This document shows positions 45,194 to 53,564 of a stretch of 64,000 nucleotides of DNA, one piece after another. The DNA comes from an uncultured Eubacteriales bacterium (lineage in GTDB: Bacteria; Bacillota; Clostridia; Christensenellales; CAG-138). The position numbers and the translations under genes are program-made. The stretch's first letter is position 1. Every line of letters starts with the position of its first letter. The stretch spans positions 2,485-66,484 of the forward strand of contig CADBRR010000126.1 of the NCBI GenBank assembly GCA_902797145.1, given 5' to 3'. The notes under the pieces are model-generated. The model ran no database searches, had not been told where the DNA came from, and was given only the letters and a program-made list of their open reading frames with translations.

Positions 45194-46227
45194 CTTTTTA
45201 TCTCCAATGACTTTTTAACGATAAATTCACAAACATCTTCGTGACTCATACCAATAACTGCCGCTTCCTGCGGAACAAGGCTCATGCCTGTCATTCCGGG
45301 CAAAGTGTTGGCTTCAAGGCAGTAAAGCTCATCTGATTCGGTTACAATAAAATCAACTCTGCCATAAACTTCAAGCCCCAATGTCCTATATGCAAGCATT
45401 GCAAGGTTCTGCGCCTTTTTCGTTGCATAGCTTGAAATCCTTGCCGGACAAATCTCGTCTGTATTACCCTGCTGATACTTGTTCTTGTAATCGTAAAAAC
45501 CGGTCTTAGGAACAATTTCAATAACAGGAAGTGCCTTTCCATCAAGCAAACCTACTGATATTTCCTTGCCCTTTATGTATTTTTCAACAAGAACCGTATC
45601 TTCATATTCAAATGCAACGTTCAAAGCATTTTCAAAATCCTTTTCTTCATTAACAATAGAAACACCAACGCTCGAACCACCCGAACATGGCTTTACAACG
45701 CAGGGATAACCTACTGTATTCGTGCGTGATTCGCCTTTTTTAATCCTGATACCTTTCGGCATGGGAACGCCTGCTTGCACAAGAAGCCTCTTTGCAATAT
45801 CCTTGTTCATAGCGAGCGCACTTGCAAGATAACCGCTGCCTGTGTACTTGATTCCAAGCACGTCAAATGCTGCCTGAACCTTGCCGTTTTCGCCATCAGC
45901 GCCATGAAGTCCTAAAAATACTATGTCGGCAAGCGAACAAAGCTCAATTACGTTTTCACCAAACAGCCTTCCGCCAGCCTGTTCACGAAGCTTCGTGAGC
46001 GCCTTGTAATCGGGAGCTATCTCCTTTATTCCAACAAGCATATCATCAATGTTTTCATTCTCGTATGCTTCATCAAAGCTTGTATATTTTTTCTTAACAC
46101 CAAAGAAAATATCGGCTATCATAGCCTTGTGTCCACGCTTTTTAAGCGATTCACAAACAAGCTTTGCTGTTACTATTGAAACATCTCGTTCAGTGCTTAA
46201 ACCACCTGCAAGAACTACTATATTCAT
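45190..46227 (-). CDS. ddl: D-alanine--D-alanine ligase
   Basis: 345 aa. MNIVVLAGGLSTERDVS, ATP-grasp strings YPCVVKPCSGGSSVG, EANTLPGMT. Overlaps murF by 4 nt. Confidence 0.92.
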   Translation of the reverse strand: MNIVVLAGGLSTERDVSIVTAKLVCESLKKRGHKAMIADIFFGVKKKYTSFDEAYENENIDDMLVGIKEIAPDYKALTKLREQAGGRLFGENVIELCSLADIVFLGLHGADGENGKVQAAFDVLGIKYTGSGYLASALAMNKDIAKRLLVQAGVPMPKGIRIKKGESRTNTVGYPCVVKPCSGGSSVGVSIVNEEKDFENALNVAFEYEDTVLVEKYIKGKEISVGLLDGKALPVIEIVPKTGFYDYKNKYQQGNTDEICPARISSYATKKAQNLAMLAYRTLGLEVYGRVDFIVTESDELYCLEANTLPGMTGMSLVPQEAAVIGMSHEDVCEFIVKKSLEIKR

Positions 46228-46242
46228 AATAAATTACCTCCG

Positions 46243-46467
46243 TTATTGTACCATTGCGTTAAGCGCAATCCTCAATGCGTCTTCTTCCTCCTGAGTAAAG
46301 GTTAAACCCTTGCCCATCTTCTCATGATCTTCCGACCATTCACGAATGTCAAGCTTCGGCTGTCTGCCGTTCCAGCTTACCATATTGACCTCTTTTGTCC
46401 AACCACTTGCCGATGTCGATAATACGCATATGTGCTTTGTTATTTCAAATTTAAAATCATTTGCCAT
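46243..46467 (-). CDS. PC4/YdbC-family ssDNA-binding-like protein
   Basis: 74 aa. FEITKHICVLSTSASGWTKEVNMVSWNGRQPKLDIREWSEDH.. matches the YdbC pattern. Confidence 0.65.
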   Translation of the reverse strand: MANDFKFEITKHICVLSTSASGWTKEVNMVSWNGRQPKLDIREWSEDHEKMGKGLTFTQEEEDALRIALNAMVQ

Positions 46468-46469
46468 TT

Positions 46470-47108
46470 TTACTTTTCTCCTTCATATTTCATTATTACG
46501 CAGCCCGATTCTATATCGTCTGTTTCTATATCGCTTTCTGCCTTAATTATTTCATATCCCTCTAATGCGCTTGTAAATTCCGATACATCGCCAAGCGAAA
46601 ATGTCAGCGCACTCGTTTTATAATGCATAGGAATTACAACGCAGGGCTTTACCCTATCTATTATATCACAAGCTTCCTTTGCGTCAATCGTGTAAACTCC
46701 GCCTACCGGGATAAGCATTATATCAACTTTGCCAAGTTCTTTTATAAATTCTTCGCTTAACGACTCGCCATAATCGCCCATGTGCACAAGTCGCTTTCCG
46801 TCAATATCGATTATAAAAACTATGTTCTCGCCTCGCTTAGAACCACTTTCTTTGTCGTGATACGTCTTTATGCCCTTTATCTTTATGTCGCCTAAATCGT
46901 ATTCTCCAATTTTGTCGATTAACTTGTAATTTCCCGTCGCTGAACTTACATTGTTGTGGTCGTGATGCGAATGCGAAATTAAAAGAACGTCACAATCAAT
47001 ATCGTGTATGTCATATCCTGTGCCTCTGTCGCAAGGGTCTAAAAAAATACGCTTTCCGTCTTTTGAACTTATTAAAAAGCACGAATGCCCTAACCATTTT
47101 ATATTCAT
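46470..47108 (-). CDS. MBL-fold metallo-hydrolase
   Basis: 212 aa. ISHSHHDH motif, WLGHSCF N-terminus. Confidence 0.8.
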   Translation of the reverse strand: MNIKWLGHSCFLISSKDGKRIFLDPCDRGTGYDIHDIDCDVLLISHSHHDHNNVSSATGNYKLIDKIGEYDLGDIKIKGIKTYHDKESGSKRGENIVFIIDIDGKRLVHMGDYGESLSEEFIKELGKVDIMLIPVGGVYTIDAKEACDIIDRVKPCVVIPMHYKTSALTFSLGDVSEFTSALEGYEIIKAESDIETDDIESGCVIMKYEGEK

Positions 47109-47123
47109 ATCTACCTCTTAAAT

Positions 47124-47594
47124 TTATAATAGCCTTGATGTTACCGAGTAAAAAAGTCCAGATTGATTATTTTTAGCTGATATGCCGACTATATCTGAAT
47201 ATGCCTCTTTTCGCATTTTCTCGTTGCCCTCACCCATGTTAAGCGCAAGTAGTTCAAGTATTATCCTGCCCATTTCGCTCGATATGCGTCCCAAAGGCTT
47301 CCTTGAATACATAATGCTCCTTGCAAGGGAATAATCACGCTCATCTGCTATAATGTCGGGCATTTTTTTACATTCATATTCCGATACAATTTTCTTTGCA
47401 AGCGCAGAATAAAATTCTTCAGAAAAATAAATGTTTATAAACCCGTTTGCGTTCTCCGCACGAGAAATAAGCTTCACTCCATAAAGCCGTTTCTGATAAA
47501 GAGATGAAATTATATCATCAATCTCAGGTTCAGAACATCTGTGCTTTATCGGGAAATTGCTCGACGCATCAGCAAATCGTGTCGCAAAAATCAC
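47124..47594 (-). CDS. Hypothetical protein with ArgRS-N-terminal-domain-like segment; true start unresolved
   Basis: ORF called from GTG 47594 without an SD. The frame stays open upstream to 47699, and an AAGGAAAGG SD (47660..47652) has only ATT (47642) at proper spacing. ..NANGFINIYFSEEF resembles the ArgRS add-1 domain. Confidence 0.35.
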   Translation of the reverse strand: MIFATRFADASSNFPIKHRCSEPEIDDIISSLYQKRLYGVKLISRAENANGFINIYFSEEFYSALAKKIVSEYECKKMPDIIADERDYSLARSIMYSRKPLGRISSEMGRIILELLALNMGEGNEKMRKEAYSDIVGISAKNNQSGLFYSVTSRLL

Positions 47595-47724
47595 ACCGCT
47601 AAGACCAAGAGCATCTCTTATATCGTTGAGTTCGTTAAAAATATAAATCAGCCTTTCCTTAATTACTATTAAAATATTATAACAAATATGAACAACAATT
47701 TAAACAGTTTATGGAAAATATTAT

Positions 47725-47759
47725 AAAAAAGCCGTTCACGAAATGCGAACGGCTTTTTT
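47725..47759. terminator. Bidirectional intrinsic terminator
   Basis: A6-GCCGTTC...GAACGGC-T6. Confidence 0.7.
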
Positions 47760-47838
47760 ATATCCAACCTAATGGATTTTTTGAATGAATACCAAATAAT
47801 TATTTATAGGGAGAAACTCTAATTATAATTTATTTTTC

Positions 47839-48765
47839 TCAGTTATTGAACATAGGTGTTGACAAATATCTGTCACCGCTATCGGGAAGAAGTACAACGA
47901 TGTTCTTGCCCTTGTTTTCGGGTCTCTTTGCAAGCTGTACTGCTGCAAATGCTGCTGCGCCTGATGATATGCCTACGAGTATGCCCTCTGTCTTTGCAAT
48001 TGTTCTGCCTGCTTCAAATGCGTCTTCGTTCTCAACTGTGATTATTTCATCATAAACCTTTGTATTGAGCGTTTCAGGAACAAATCCTGCGCCGATACCC
48101 TGTATCTTATGCGGACCTGCTGTGCCCTTTGAAAGTACGGGTGAGCCTGCCGGTTCTACTGCTACAACCTTAATATCGGGGTTCTTGCTCTTTAAATATT
48201 CGCCTACGCCTGTTATTGTACCGCCTGTGCCGATACCTGCAACGAATATATCAACCTTACCGTCCATATCTTCATAGATTTCAGGACCTGTTGTCTTTCT
48301 GTGCATTTCGGGGTTTGCCATATTTGTGAACTGGCTCGGAATAAATCCGCCCTCTGTTTCCTTTGCAAGCTCTTCTGCCTTTGCAATAGCGCCCTTCATG
48401 CCCTGTGCGCCGTCTGTCAAAACGATTTCTGCACCGTATGCTTTGAGCATATTTCTGCGTTCAACGCTCATCGTTTCGGGCATTGTAAGTATCATTCTAT
48501 AACCCTTTGCTGCCGCTACTGATGCAAGACCAATACCTGTATTACCGCTTGTCGGTTCAATTATAACTGAACCCTTTTTCAAAAGTCCCTTTGCCTCTGC
48601 ATCTTCAATCATTGCCTTTGCGATTCTGTCCTTAACGCTGCCTGCCGGGTTGAAATACTCAAGCTTTGCATATATCCCGTCAACGCCGTTTGCGCCTGCA
48701 TAATTGTTGAGCTTCATTATAGGTGTTGAACCTATCATTTCTGTTACTGTGTTAAAAATCTTCAT
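47839..48765 (-). CDS. cysK: Cysteine synthase A (O-acetylserine sulfhydrylase)
   Basis: 308 aa. PLP-lysine region [24 protein letters not shown]. Confidence 0.92.
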   Translation of the reverse strand: MKIFNTVTEMIGSTPIMKLNNYAGANGVDGIYAKLEYFNPAGSVKDRIAKAMIEDAEAKGLLKKGSVIIEPTSGNTGIGLASVAAAKGYRMILTMPETMSVERRNMLKAYGAEIVLTDGAQGMKGAIAKAEELAKETEGGFIPSQFTNMANPEMHRKTTGPEIYEDMDGKVDIFVAGIGTGGTITGVGEYLKSKNPDIKVVAVEPAGSPVLSKGTAGPHKIQGIGAGFVPETLNTKVYDEIITVENEDAFEAGRTIAKTEGILVGISSGAAAFAAVQLAKRPENKGKNIVVLLPDSGDRYLSTPMFNN

Positions 48766-48819
48766 TGTTTTATCTCCTTAATATTTAAATATTATATTAC
48801 CTATCGGTTTAGTAGGTTT

Positions 48820-48848
48820 ATTATAACATCACAGTTATTCTTTGTCAA
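48820..48848 (-). promoter_or_regulatory. Consensus sigmaA promoter of cysK
   Basis: Minus strand TTGACA (48848..48843) - 17 nt - TATAAT (48825..48820). Confidence 0.55.
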
Positions 48849-48855
48849 TAGTATT

Positions 48856-48893
48856 TTTAAAAAAAAATTGAGGAACGGAAAAAATCGTTCCTC
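48856..48893 (-). terminator. Intrinsic terminator of upstream lipoprotein gene
   Basis: GAGGAACG-8 nt-CGTTCCTC. On the minus strand it is followed by AATTTTTTTTT. Confidence 0.75.
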
Positions 48894-48905
48894 TGCAAAA
48901 AATAT

Positions 48906-49877
48906 TTAGTTTACCCTGACAGCAATTTCTACATAATCAGTAATTTCCTCTTGCCTGCTTTTATCCTGCAAATAGAGCGTAACAGTGCCTACAAGATATA
49001 ATTCATCGCTGTTTTTGCCGATTACAAGTGTCTTTACATCGGGGAGCTCATATCTGTTCAAATGGTATTTGTCAGAATCGGCAAACAATTCATTTACCTT
49101 TTTATCTATTGCTTCATTTACTTTTTCGTTATCAATTTTGAGGTTATTATATTTATCATATCTGCCGGTCATATTTTTGCCCCATGATGTAATATAACCT
49201 TCGCCATTGAAATTTACAATTACATCATCAGTTGTCGCAATACCGCTATTTATCGGTTTAAAAAATTTTAATGCATATGTTAAAACTTCACCACCATCGT
49301 TCATTGCCTGCTCGTTGCTTGCAAAATAATCAAATATTTTATACCTAATGTTGGTACGACCATTACTATCATAGCTCACATAAGTTACAAGGGTCGAAAT
49401 TTCATATATGGTATGACCACCTGTTTTTACAAAGTTTGAAGAAATATCAAGTGCAGCCTTTTTTAACGATTCTTCATTAAGCTCATACTGTTCATCTACA
49501 ATTTTATCTAATTTAGTTGACCATATTTCGACAACCTCTTCTGAATTGATTATCGTTTTGAATTCTACATTGTTTTCGTAATCACGATATTCATCAACTG
49601 CATAATCGGCACCCATGTTATAAGTAGATGTAATATACTCACCCTCATATGTTTTGCCCATAAACTCGATTTTCATCGTATCAACTGCATCTTCATTTTT
49701 GAATGATGAATATGAATATATAGGGCTTTCATCAAAATTACCTGCTTCTCCATCTGTATATTCAAATATCATATCCGTTCCGCCTGTTACATAAGCCTTA
49801 TATTCAACCTGCCCACACCCGGTAAATAGTGAAACGATAAGCAGACACGCAATAATCATACAACAAATTTTTTTCAT
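48906..49877 (-). CDS. Hypothetical lipoprotein (paralog set, member 1)
   Basis: ORF 48906..49919, trimmed to MKKICCMIIACLLIVSLFTGC behind GAGGAGG. Confidence 0.55.
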   Translation of the reverse strand: MKKICCMIIACLLIVSLFTGCGQVEYKAYVTGGTDMIFEYTDGEAGNFDESPIYSYSSFKNEDAVDTMKIEFMGKTYEGEYITSTYNMGADYAVDEYRDYENNVEFKTIINSEEVVEIWSTKLDKIVDEQYELNEESLKKAALDISSNFVKTGGHTIYEISTLVTYVSYDSNGRTNIRYKIFDYFASNEQAMNDGGEVLTYALKFFKPINSGIATTDDVIVNFNGEGYITSWGKNMTGRYDKYNNLKIDNEKVNEAIDKKVNELFADSDKYHLNRYELPDVKTLVIGKNSDELYLVGTVTLYLQDKSRQEEITDYVEIAVRVN

Positions 49878-49977
49878 ATAAAGTTCCTCCTCAATGTAAT
49901 TTGTAGTTTTCATATCCACTCAATATCACCGAATCCGCCATATTATCGGGAGTAGTTGTAACTTGCGCTAATAGAAT

Positions 49978-50880
49978 TTAATCAACTTTTATTATGTAGT
50001 CCGTGCTTGTATGAATATCATAATCTTCTTTATCGATATTTTCAATAACAACATCAACAAAAATCCAAACAGCTATATCGTCATTGCTGCCACGCAAAAC
50101 GATTTTTCTATTGATGTCGTAACTTTTCAGTCTGGACTCATTATCTGCATTATAATCTGCTTCTATCATTTGCTTAACAATTTCGTTTATAGCGTTGTTA
50201 TCGAGTTTTAAATCATAATACCCTTCAAGTGCACCGAATGCACGCAAATCAATACTTTTCAGCCTTCCTTCATCGTCGAAAATCACAGACGCCATATCTC
50301 CTGCCATACAGCCGGATATTTCCCTTGTATAATCAATTCTATACCGAGTCACCGTATAGTATTCATCTGTCGTTTCATTTTTGAAATAATAATCAAACGA
50401 TTCCGTGTTAGAAGAATTTTCGTAGTTATATTCAACTTCGGATTTTATGTTGTATTTATATCCTGTAATATCTACCATATCGCCAAGTATCTTTTTTGCA
50501 TTATTCTTTAATGCACTTTCATTTATATCATACACTTCATCCGTCAACGTTTCATCTCCTATTGCGTATGCAAAAACAACGTCTTCAGTATCCGCCTTAA
50601 TGCCGAATTCATATCTACCATCCTGTGTATCATACATATCTATAGCATATGGGGTAGTAAATAATTTTACCGTTTCATCATATATAATATCATAATCTTT
50701 GCCGAAAAAAGTAATTTTACGGTTTTCAACTGCATTCTCTGATTTTTCATTCCAATTATCAAATGCATCGGTCATATCATGATTATATATTTTATATGTA
50801 TGCTTTTGTGAGCTCATACCGCAACCTGACGTTAATATAATTATTATCGTAAGCAGCATTATCAATAATTTCTTGACCAT
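49978..50880 (-). CDS. Hypothetical lipoprotein (paralog set, member 2)
   Basis: 300 aa. MVKKLLIMLLTIIIILTSGC lipobox. Shares KI.F.GK.Y and Y.(L/I)NES.LK..A strings with 48906..49877. Confidence 0.55.
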   Translation of the reverse strand: MVKKLLIMLLTIIIILTSGCGMSSQKHTYKIYNHDMTDAFDNWNEKSENAVENRKITFFGKDYDIIYDETVKLFTTPYAIDMYDTQDGRYEFGIKADTEDVVFAYAIGDETLTDEVYDINESALKNNAKKILGDMVDITGYKYNIKSEVEYNYENSSNTESFDYYFKNETTDEYYTVTRYRIDYTREISGCMAGDMASVIFDDEGRLKSIDLRAFGALEGYYDLKLDNNAINEIVKQMIEADYNADNESRLKSYDINRKIVLRGSNDDIAVWIFVDVVIENIDKEDYDIHTSTDYIIKVD

Positions 50881-51006
50881 TTCAATTCTCCTATTTGTTA
50901 GTTATTATAACATATTTTCTAATATTAGTCAAGTTGCGTTTTTGCTATTTAGTAATAAAAAATTCCCCGAACAACTCGTATTCGGGGGAGAGATAATAAT
51001 ATTTAA

Positions 51007-51738
51007 TTATAAATCAGGGTCTACATATTCATCTGGTTCAGTTGGAGGTTCGTCATCGGGTTCGTTCGTCACATCGGGTTCATCGTTGCCCGTAACAGAT
51101 GCGATATTTTGTGGAACATAACCGAATATTTCCCACAATTTATCATCTAAATTTTTGTAGTCATTCCTTACGAAGATTTCAGCCTCATCAATGCTTGCAA
51201 AATTGAGGTCAGTACCGCCAACGACTATATAAGCTACAATATCACCGCAGATGAAAATCCTTGTTTCCTTGATTTTTACAGCATAGAAATTATATTCCGT
51301 AATGCTGTTTATGATATTTTCGTGATACTTATTGAACGCATCTGCGACCGTATCCTGATAGCCGTTTTCTACCCTCAAAATAACGACCATATCATAATTT
51401 GCGGATTTATCGGAGCTTTCCTTTGCAACAAACTCCTTTACCTTTGACATATCGAGCGAGAACCTCTTTGCCAACTCAGCATTATCAATATTTTTATTGC
51501 ACGCATACCTTGCGCCTATCGCTGCATTGATTGACGCTTCAATATCTATAACGGACATATCGGTACCATCTTCCTCCTTATATTTTGTATCGGGGTTTGA
51601 AGTATTATTATTATCGCTCTTTTGCGTATCCGTCTGCTGATTTTGGGGATTATTCGTTTGCGCAGGTTCTTTTGAGCCGCAAGCAACGCACATACCGACG
51701 AGCATAAGTGAAATTGCCGTTACAAAAAACTTTTTCAT
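51007..51738 (-). CDS. Lipoprotein, possibly DUF4358-like
   Basis: ORF 51007..51756 (TTG), trimmed to ATG 51738: MKKFFVTAISLMLVGMCVACGS lipobox. Confidence 0.5.
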   Translation of the reverse strand: MKKFFVTAISLMLVGMCVACGSKEPAQTNNPQNQQTDTQKSDNNNTSNPDTKYKEEDGTDMSVIDIEASINAAIGARYACNKNIDNAELAKRFSLDMSKVKEFVAKESSDKSANYDMVVILRVENGYQDTVADAFNKYHENIINSITEYNFYAVKIKETRIFICGDIVAYIVVGGTDLNFASIDEAEIFVRNDYKNLDDKLWEIFGYVPQNIASVTGNDEPDVTNEPDDEPPTEPDEYVDPDL

Positions 51739-51856
51739 ACGCCTTATTCCTTTCAATTATTTCTATCTATAAATCAAGGATATACTAAAAACAAGTTTTT
51801 TTCAAGTACAAATTAAGAAAATCGATATTTATGCCTCAACAAATTCATATATTTCA

Positions 51857-51890
51857 ACTCCAAACTCCACTCTCGACACTCCAAACTCCA
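51857..51890. repeat. 13-nt perfect direct repeat ACTCCAAACTCCA x2, 21-nt period
   Basis: 51857..51869 and 51878..51890. Lies between the gdhA terminator and the lipoprotein gene start. Confidence 0.85.
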
Positions 51891-51924
51891 AAAGAAAAAG
51901 GGCATCGGGAAAAACCCGACACCC
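51888..51924 (-). terminator. gdhA intrinsic terminator (minus-strand specific)
   Basis: Minus-strand RNA GGGUGUCGGG-UUUUU-CCCGAUGCCC (2 G-U pairs) + UUUUUCUUUU. Confidence 0.75.
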
Positions 51925-51956
51925 ATAGTGGAAGTTTATAATTTAATATTTAGATA

Positions 51957-53303
51957 TTAAACAATACCCTGTGCCATCATAGCTGTAGCAACCTTCTTGA
52001 AGCCAGCGATGTTAGCGCCTGCAACGAGGTTATAGCCGAGGCCACATTCTTCTGCTGCTGCTACTGATGCATCGTAGATGTTCTTCATGATTGTATGGAG
52101 CTGCTTATCAACTTCTTCTGCTGACCATGCGAGACGTTCGCTGTTCTGGCTCATTTCAAGACCTGAAACTGCAACACCACCAGCGTTTACAGCCTTTGAA
52201 GGAGCAACTACAAGACCCTTATCCATGAGGAACTTGAGAGCTTCGTTTGTTGTAGGCATATTAGCAACTTCGATGTAGTACTTTGTACCGTTGTTGAGAA
52301 TCTTCTGAGCTTCTTCCATGTTGATTTCGTTCTGGAATGCGCAAGGCATGCAGATATCAGCCTTCTGTTCCCAAGGCTTCTTGCCAGCAACGAACTTAAC
52401 ACCGAACTTATCAGCGTAATCCTTTACACGGTTACGGCCTGAAGCACGCATTTCGAGCATATAAGCAATCTTTTCTGCTGTTACAACGCCATCGGGATCG
52501 TAGATGTAACCATCAGGACCACCAAGTGTAACAACCTTACCACCGAGCTGTGCAACCTTTGTTGCAACGCCCCATGATACGTTACCGAAACCTGAGATAG
52601 CAACTGTCTTGCCCTTTACTTCTTCACCGAAGTGTTTCAATACTTCCTGGAGATAGTAAACAGCGCCGAAACCTGTAGCTTCAGGACGGATTCTGCTGCC
52701 GCCGAATGACGGATCCTTACCTGTGAGAACGCCGTTTTCATATGCGTTGCGGATTCTCTTATACTGTCCGAACAAGAAACCGATTTCACGTCCGCCAACA
52801 CCGATGTCACCAGCGGGAACGTCAACGTTAGGACCAATATGACGATAGAGTTCTGTCATGAAGCTCTGGCAGAAACGCATGATTTCTGCATCGCTCTTGC
52901 CGTTGGGGTCAAAGTCTGAACCACCCTTACCACCGCCCATAGGCAATGTTGTAAGGCTGTTCTTGAATGTCTGTTCGAAGCCCAAGAACTTCATAACTGA
53001 CAATGTTACGTGTGAAGCAAAACGGAGGCCTCCCTTGTAGGGTCCGATTGCGCTGTTGAACTGTACACGGAAACCACGGTTTACGTTTACCTTACCTGCA
53101 TCGTCAACCCACGGTACACGGAATTCGATAACTCTTTCCGGTTCAACGAGTCTTTCGAGAAGGCTTGCCTTTTCATATTCAGGGTGCTTTTCGATAACGG
53201 GTTCGAGTGATGTCAAAACTTCTTCTACTGTCTGAATAAATTCAGCTTCGTGTGCATCACGCTTTTTAACGTTTTCAATTACGCGTTCAATGTAAGCGTT
53301 CAT
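51957..53303 (-). CDS. gdhA: NADP-specific glutamate dehydrogenase
   Basis: 448 aa. GGGKGGSDFDP motif, FGNVSWG dinucleotide fold. Confidence 0.92.
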   Translation of the reverse strand: MNAYIERVIENVKKRDAHEAEFIQTVEEVLTSLEPVIEKHPEYEKASLLERLVEPERVIEFRVPWVDDAGKVNVNRGFRVQFNSAIGPYKGGLRFASHVTLSVMKFLGFEQTFKNSLTTLPMGGGKGGSDFDPNGKSDAEIMRFCQSFMTELYRHIGPNVDVPAGDIGVGGREIGFLFGQYKRIRNAYENGVLTGKDPSFGGSRIRPEATGFGAVYYLQEVLKHFGEEVKGKTVAISGFGNVSWGVATKVAQLGGKVVTLGGPDGYIYDPDGVVTAEKIAYMLEMRASGRNRVKDYADKFGVKFVAGKKPWEQKADICMPCAFQNEINMEEAQKILNNGTKYYIEVANMPTTNEALKFLMDKGLVVAPSKAVNAGGVAVSGLEMSQNSERLAWSAEEVDKQLHTIMKNIYDASVAAAEECGLGYNLVAGANIAGFKKVATAMMAQGIV

Positions 53304-53402
53304 AAAATTTTTCCTCCATTAATTGTTGAAAATTTTTTAGTGGTGTAGCCTGTTCTTTAACGGCATTACCAACAAGCCGTCTTTTTAAACGGCTACAGCT
53401 AT

Positions 53403-53431
53403 ATAATAATCTTGATTTTGCAATATGTCAA
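53403..53431 (-). promoter_or_regulatory. Putative sigmaA promoter of gdhA
   Basis: Minus strand TTGACA (53431..53426) - 17 nt - TATTAT (53408..53403). Confidence 0.5.
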
Positions 53432-53484
53432 CATCAAAAAATAATATATAATTTTTTGGTAAATTGTTCTTGTGAAATTCTGCC

Positions 53485-53513
53485 TTGACTATTGTATCAT
53501 TATGTTTTATAAT
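53485..53513 (+). promoter_or_regulatory. Consensus-like sigmaA promoter of Na/Pi transporter gene
   Basis: TTGACT (53485) - 17 nt - TATAAT (53508). Confidence 0.5.
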
Positions 53514-53564
53514 GTAAATGAGGAAATATTGGAATTTATATAATAAGTAAGAAAGGTGAAAAAA

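Noticed and set aside
48781-48819. AT-rich palindromes (AATATTTAAATATT; ACCTA-N9-TAGGT) downstream of the cysK promoter, considered as a CymR-type operator.
   Set aside because: The arms are short or purely A/T, which is expected by chance at this base composition. I cannot match them to a defined operator consensus.
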